From an uncultured Bacteroidales bacterium (GTDB lineage Bacteria; Bacteroidota; Bacteroidia; Bacteroidales; VadinHA17), in the NCBI GenBank assembly GCA_963700275.1, contig CAVOWZ010000005.1, positions 12,818 to 76,817 on the forward strand: a stretch of DNA of 64,000 bases, written 5' to 3'. This document shows positions 58,041-64,000 of this stretch, piece by piece (position 1 is the first letter of the stretch; each line of letters starts with the position of its first letter). A program made the translations under genes and the position numbers. Under the pieces are notes generated by a model that saw nothing but the letters and a program-made list of their open reading frames with translations, made no database searches and was not told the DNA's origin.

Positions 58041-59370
58041 TTATTCTTTAATAAGGTTTACCGCTGTTCTCAGGTTCTGTGCTCTTCTTTCTTTTAAACG
58101 ATCCTTAATGGTATCTATAAACTCTTCTCCGGCAAGTTTAAAATCTTCAATATCTGATGGCGTAGAAAGATAAAGAACTGTACCTGGTTCCACACCTTTC
58201 TCAACAACAATTTCCTTATCATTTGATTCGCCGAGTACAACTACCTGTTTAAGACCATTCCTGGTATATACCACAGGAATACTGTCAATTCCTGTGTGGA
58301 CACATTCATTTGGAATATATGTAACGTTATCAAAGGTCTTGATCATTATTTTATTATTTGTTGTCATCGATGGTCTGAGGTCGGGATCAGTGCCATTAAC
58401 TTTAATCTGGACCTCAAATACTTTTGTGTCACTGTTATTAAGCTTTTCACCGATATTTGCAATTGTAAAAACCGAACCGGTATAGTTTTTTGCCGGGAAC
58501 GCGTCAACTGTCAGGATCACCTCCTGGCCATGTTTTACTTTGCTTACTTCAACCTCGCTTACATATGCTTTTGAGATCATCGAGGAAAGATCAGGTATTG
58601 TTGCGATAACCCTGTCAAAAGGATTGATCATTGATCCAACCTTTCTTTTATTTCCGAATCTGTCTCTTTTGTATATTACCATACCCTGGGAGGGTGAAGT
58701 GATAACAAATCCTGCCAGAACCTCCTCATAATCACGGATCCTTTTCTCAATCCTGGATACCCACATTTTCTGGTTCCTGATTGTTGATTGTCGTCTGGGC
58801 TTTTCTCAATGTATAGCTTCGTCTTAACTGATCAAGATTTCTTTTTTGCTTCTCAAGGTTTATTTCTGCCTGCCTGATTGTTGTCGGAGGTTCAAACTTG
58901 GAGTTCTTCAGAGTGATTTCGGCTTCTTCCACAGTATGTATCTGATTTGCGATCTGATCACGGATATTTGTCATAGTCACCGCTGTATCGAGAATAGCCA
59001 TTTCAAGATTAGAGTGGAATGTAACAAGTCGCTCCTTTGAATCTTTGAGGGAGTTATCAAACTCGGTTCTGTCGAGGGTGGCAATATAATCTCCCTCTTT
59101 TACTACTGTCCCTTCTGCTATAAGATCGGTTATCTTTATATTCGACGATCTGACATCTCTTCCCTGCATGATCTCCGGAGCTTTGATTTCTACCGAGTTT
59201 TCAGCAATCAGTTCACCGGTTGTTGTAATAGCAATCTCAAATCTACCCGATAATGCTTCCGTGAACATATTGACAGTATCATTCTTTTTGGTTGTTAATT
59301 TATTGAAAATAATGAGCGCTATCATTGTAACAACCACAACAATGCTTGTTATTATGACTGTCTTTTTCAT
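58041..59370 (-). CDS. Efflux periplasmic adaptor (HlyD/RND MFP); one indel
   Basis: N-terminal TM, EGTVVKEGD, coiled coil, SP..G.V, LRPSMT. Confidence 0.85.
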
Positions 59371-59534
59371 TTACAGAGTGTTAAACACACAGATAACAAA
59401 TTTCCGGTCACAAAATTATCAAAAAAACCTCTTTTAACGGGTTCACTATCAATATTTAACTATTATTAACATCATGATAATAGTACGGGTGTTGAATGCA
59501 ACACCCCAGCAAAAAATATTTTGCGGAATATTTG

Positions 59535-62075
59535 TTAATCTGTAATATTAATTGTAACGGATGTGCTTTTTAATCCTTTTGATTCACATTTGACTGTTAT
59601 TGTTCCTGTTGCTCCTTTGTCGGCAGCTATAATCGCCAGGCATAATCCGTTAAATGCTTTTTTGGATCCCGATTGAAAGGATTCGTGGCTGGTGACATCA
59701 CCATTATCAGTGGCGATTACTTTACCTGGTCCTTCGATGGTGAAATTCAGTTGATTATTACTCCGTGGAACGGGTAATCCATTTTTATCTTCTATTTTCA
59801 CGGTTATAAATACCAGATCTTTACCATCGGGAGTAATTTCAGTTTGGTCAGCCGATGCAGATAATCTGAAAGCTTTACCTGTTGTCTTAATTCCATCTTC
59901 AGCCCATATCTTACCGTTCTTATATGCCACGACTTTCAATTCACCTGGCTGATAAACAACATCATCCCACCTGAGCCTGTATTGAGATGTTCCTTTTGAC
60001 TTTTTTCCAAGTGATTTACCGTTAAGGAAAAGCTCTGCTTCATCGCCTGACGTGTAGATATGAACCGGAGTCACCTGTCCCCTTCTTTCGGGCCAGTTCC
60101 AGTGAGGCAGTATATGAGCCATAGGGAAATCAGGTCTCCATTTTGACTGGTATAAATAGAACCGGTCTTTTTTGAAACCTGCCAGATCCAGTATCCCGAA
60201 ATAACTGCTTCTCGATGGAACTTCCCTGACGCCCTGATTCTCAAGCATTTTGAGTATCTGTTCATATCTGCGTGTTTTAGGTGTCAATCCTGTCAGGTCA
60301 CCATAGTAGGGGGTAGGTTCTCCCAGATAGTCGAAGCCTGTCCAGACAAATTCACCGATTACAGCCGGATATTTATCCTGCATGGCCCACTGCTGATCAG
60401 GTGTTGATGCCCAGGCCGGGTATGCCAGATCATATGAAGAGATCTGGAAAATTCCCTTTCCGGGGAGATTATTTTCAAGGTCACCTTCAACAACCGGGAA
60501 GAAATATTCGCCTCTGGAACTAACCGTTGATGCTGATTCGCTTGAATGAAAGGGAAGATTTATATTCTCTTTATGAGCAAAAAATGCATCATACCGTTGC
60601 AGGCGGTAGTTTATACCGAACAGGTCAAGGGTTAATTGAAATCCGTTGGTACCCGACTCATCCCTGTCACAACCGACAGTTACAGGTCTGGTATTATCTT
60701 CCGATTTAACGATAGTTCTTAAACTTTCCGATAAAGCTGGATTGTTCTGATCCCCTACTTCATTTCCCGTACTCCAGATAATTACAGATGGATGGTTCCG
60801 GTCGCGGCGTACCATTGCTCTCAGGTCCTCTTCGTGCCAGGCATAAAACAATTTGTTGTAATCGTTTCTTTTTTTTGGGGTCTTCCATGCATCAAAAGCC
60901 TCATCTTCAACAAGGAATCCCATCCTGTCGCACAGATCAAGCATTTCAGGAGCAGGAGGATTATGGCTTGTTCTGATGGCATTACACCCCATTTCCTTAA
61001 GTATCTCCAGTTGTCTCTCTGCAGCCCGGATGTTGAATGCTGAACCAAGAGCTCCAAGATCATGATGATTGCATACTCCTTTTATCTCCACTCTCCGGCC
61101 ATTGAGGACGAATCCGTCACGGGGAGTAAATTGATTGTCCTGAAACCAAAATTAACTTCATATTTGTCAGCCAGAGCCGCACCCTGTGATACTGTTACAA
61201 CCGTCCTGTATAGTTCCGGATCATTAATATCCCATAAGACCGGATTATTGATGTGAACATCGAGTCTGAAATTATGCGATCCATGAGCTGATATTGTCGC
61301 AGTGGCAGCTACTGACTCTGCAACAGGTGAAATTGCTGGTTCCAGCTTATCATTAAGCTTATAAACATAAGCCTTAACTGTGACCGGAACAGGTTCATTC
61401 AGATGACTTTCAATTTCAGCTTTTACGCTTACAACAGCTTTCTCTGTAGTTATTTCGGGCGTGGTACAAAAGACTCCGTTATGTGATATATGAAGATCTG
61501 ATGTTTTAACGAGCCATACATTTCTGTATAATCCTGCACCGGGATACCACCTGGAATCCCATTTCTTTGTATCAAGCCTTATTGCGATTACATTCTCTTT
61601 TCCGGTGATTATATAAGGAGTAAGATCGATGCGGAATGATGTATACCCGTAAGGCCATTCTCCAGCAAATTTACCGTTCATCCACACCTGGGCGTATGCC
61701 ATTGCCCCGTCAATGTCTATATAGATTCGTTTACCTTCATCAGCAGCAGGGACAATGAAGTGTTTCCTGTACCAGCCGATGCCTTTCCAGGGCAAGAGCC
61801 CTGTATTGTTTTCCAGTGTATCACTGAAAGGGCCTTCAATTGCCCAGTCATGAGGCAGACTCGACACTCCGCCATGAATTATCATTGACAGAAATTGCCT
61901 GCAATCCGGCAGGCTCCTTATCAGTGGTGGCGATTTCATCAGATGCATTAAAATACTTAATGAATTTCCAGTTATCATTGAAAGATTCCCTTACTCTGGG
62001 TTGAGATAACAGAATTCCGTCGAAAAATGATACAAGAATAAATGCCATGACTGACACAAAGGTAAATCTCTTCAT
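59535..62075 (-). CDS. Glycoside hydrolase family 2 (beta-galactosidase-like); split by indels
   Basis: LPHDWAI, GWYRK, YGYTSF, NAIRTSHNP, RDRNHPS..WS.GNE, WTGFDYLGE. Confidence 0.92.
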
Positions 62076-62228
62076 TTCTGATTTATTTGGTTTAATGTTA
62101 ATTCTATTTATTAACACGGATTCACCGGATTCCACAGTAAACAGGTTGATTTTTCCTTCCCTTTGTCTCTCCATCCCTCTTTGACACCCTTGCTCTACAT
62201 AGTGTAAACAAGTTGTTTAGGGTTCAAC

Positions 62229-62451
62229 AGTTTCCCCTCCTTTTAGGAGGTAGCCGACACGAATCACCTGACGTGCAGAAATATAAATGGTCTGACCGGT
62301 CTGTTGATTCAATTGCAAGAATTCAGAATCAAATTCTGCTGAATCTGTTTTAACCACCCCGGCCGGAAAGCAGAATTGTAACATTTCAAAATCAGCAATC
62401 CTGGCCACCCCTCCTTGAAAAGGAGAGGAAACTTTTATCCCCAAAACTCCT
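62229..62451. mobile_element. MITE/REPIN-like dispersed element (copy 2)
   Basis: The reverse complement of its core aligns by eye with 6275-6492 (GGATTGCTGATTTT..GGCCGGGGTGGTT.AAACAGATTCA..CAGACCATTTATATTTCTGCAC). Confidence 0.8.
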
Positions 62452-62555
62452 TAGTTACAGCCATGCCCTTCTTTCTCTTCTTCCCTTCGTCTCTTCGTCT
62501 CTCATCTCTTAGTCCCTCGTCTCACGACTCACCACTCATAACTCATCGCTCACCT

Positions 62556-63870
62556 CTAGATCCCGCTGACATCCGTATCCTCAAACACCATCGATGGAGT
62601 AAGTCTGGAACTGTACATATACGGGTCGTTACCGACTTCAGCCAGAGTATTCCAGAAATCCTTCATATTTCCCGAAATGTTCATTTCACTTACAGGGTGA
62701 ACTATCTTTCCGTTCAGTATATAGAAACCCTCAATCCCGTAGGAAAAATCACCTGTGGCCCCGTTGCAGTTACCACCGTTAAAACCGGTGATCAGGATTC
62801 CCTTGTCAACCGATCTGACCAGTCCGTCCAGATCTTTTGTTCCGGTATTAAAAACAATATTTGAACTGCTGCCTGAAGTTGGTGCAATATTCAGTTTTCT
62901 GCCATAATAGGTGTCGATAAAGTAATTGCGGAGGATTCCCTGTTCTACAATATCTCTTTTTACCGATCTGAGTCCTTCATTATCGAAATTTCTTGATCCG
63001 AAACCCGAGATCATAGGGGATCATCATAGAAAGAGAGTTTATCGCTTGCGACCATGGTGTTGACCTTTCCTGCAGGAATGAGTTCTTCTGGTAGATTGAC
63101 GAACCAAGGAGCGCTGAAATGAAAGGATTCAGAAGGTTCCCGGAAACAAGGTTTTCAACTATTATCTTATATTTCCCCGATCTGATTTTTTTTGGATTGG
63201 ATTTTCTGATGGCTCTTTCGAAAGCAGTTTTTCCAACTCCTGTCTTTTTCAGTCTGTCATAAAAGATGCTGTATTCACCCCAGTAATCTGACGGACGTCC
63301 TTTGTCATCTTTTACCGAAACCTCTGCTGCAATACCGGTAAAGCTACTGCCTGATTCCCCTTTGAATCCGTTACTGTCAACAAGAATCATATTAGTGACA
63401 TTATCCGAGTAATATGATGTAACTGAGATGATTCTTGTTGTCGATTCCATATACTTCTTCTTCAGCCTGACGTGCAATATCGATTTTGTTCTTTGATTCG
63501 ATTGAATTCAAAATCGGGTCCAGTGTTTTAAGATCTTCTCCTTTACCGGTGAAATAAAGATCTTTGTCAGGAAGATAGCGGAATTCATCTTCCGAAAGGT
63601 AGCGGGTGGCTTTAACGGCATCATTTATGAATTTCAGAAGATCTTTTTCCTTCAGCAGGTTTGTTGAGTGAGATGAATACTTTTTATCAACATAGAGGTC
63701 AACTGAGAGGGAATTCCCTATGGATTCCTGGAGTTTGTCGATTTTCCTCTCGCGTATTTCTATATGTCTGCTGGAATTATCATTTATGTAAACGGCGGCC
63801 TGGCTGGCGCCTTTTCAAGGGCGGTATTAATTACCAGGTCGGCTATTTTATATTTTTCGTTTGTATCCAT
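62556..63870 (-). CDS. TldE/PmbA family protein; split by indels
   Basis: FDNEG, NGATGDFS.G.EGF, PVSEMNISGN; adjacent to tldD. Confidence 0.88.
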
Positions 63871-63891
63871 GGATTCGCATTCAGTTTAAAT

Positions 63892-64000
63892 TCAGGCATT
63901 CACACCACCTACAGTAAGCTTTTTGATCTTTACCGTGGGGAGTCCCATTGTCACAGGTACTCCCTGTCCGTCCTTTACCGCATACCCAGGTTGAATCGGA
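63892..64000 (-). CDS. TldD family protein, C-terminal end (truncated by window)
   Basis: KDGQGVPVTMGLPTVKIKKLTVGG. Confidence 0.8.
   Translation of the reverse strand, partial: PIQPGYAVKDGQGVPVTMGLPTVKIKKLTVGGVNA

Overview
This window looks like chromosomal DNA from an anaerobic Bacteroidota (Bacteroidales-like) organism, based on TTTG-N19-21-TAnnTTTG promoters, gldF/gldG, a T9SS-type domain and a FISUMP protein. From about 11 kb onward many genes, including essential ones (pheT, gmk, lpxB), are split by single-base indels. I read these as uncorrected long-read errors and merged the fragments. Contents in order: (1) an H2/redox-sensing block (divergent [FeFe]-hydrogenase, [FeFe]-hydrogenase-histidine kinase fusion, response regulator, hybrid kinase, Rex, RibF-like); (2) an M14 peptidase; (3) a tyrosine phenol-lyase-like gene with an unannotated Tyr-rich leader peptide and attenuator, divergent from an acyl-CoA synthetase/ACT/PaaK/aminotransferase/2-oxoacid:ferredoxin oxidoreductase cluster; (4) housekeeping genes plus a true tryptophanase; (5) a ~30.1-37.9 kb accessory block with an unknown structured RNA/terminator switch, secreted proteins, and an IS200-type HUH transposase beside a ~17-unit tandem hairpin array; (6) surE-lpxB-gldFG-dnaN, a molybdo-hydroxylase cluster, a GH2 and tldE/tldD. 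The strongest candidate for an undescribed system is the biosynthetic-type tyrosine attenuator in front of a normally catabolic tyrosine phenol-lyase, which suggests tyrosine synthesis from phenol as part of an aromatic amino-acid salvage locus. All family assignments come from motif recognition by eye; no searches were run.
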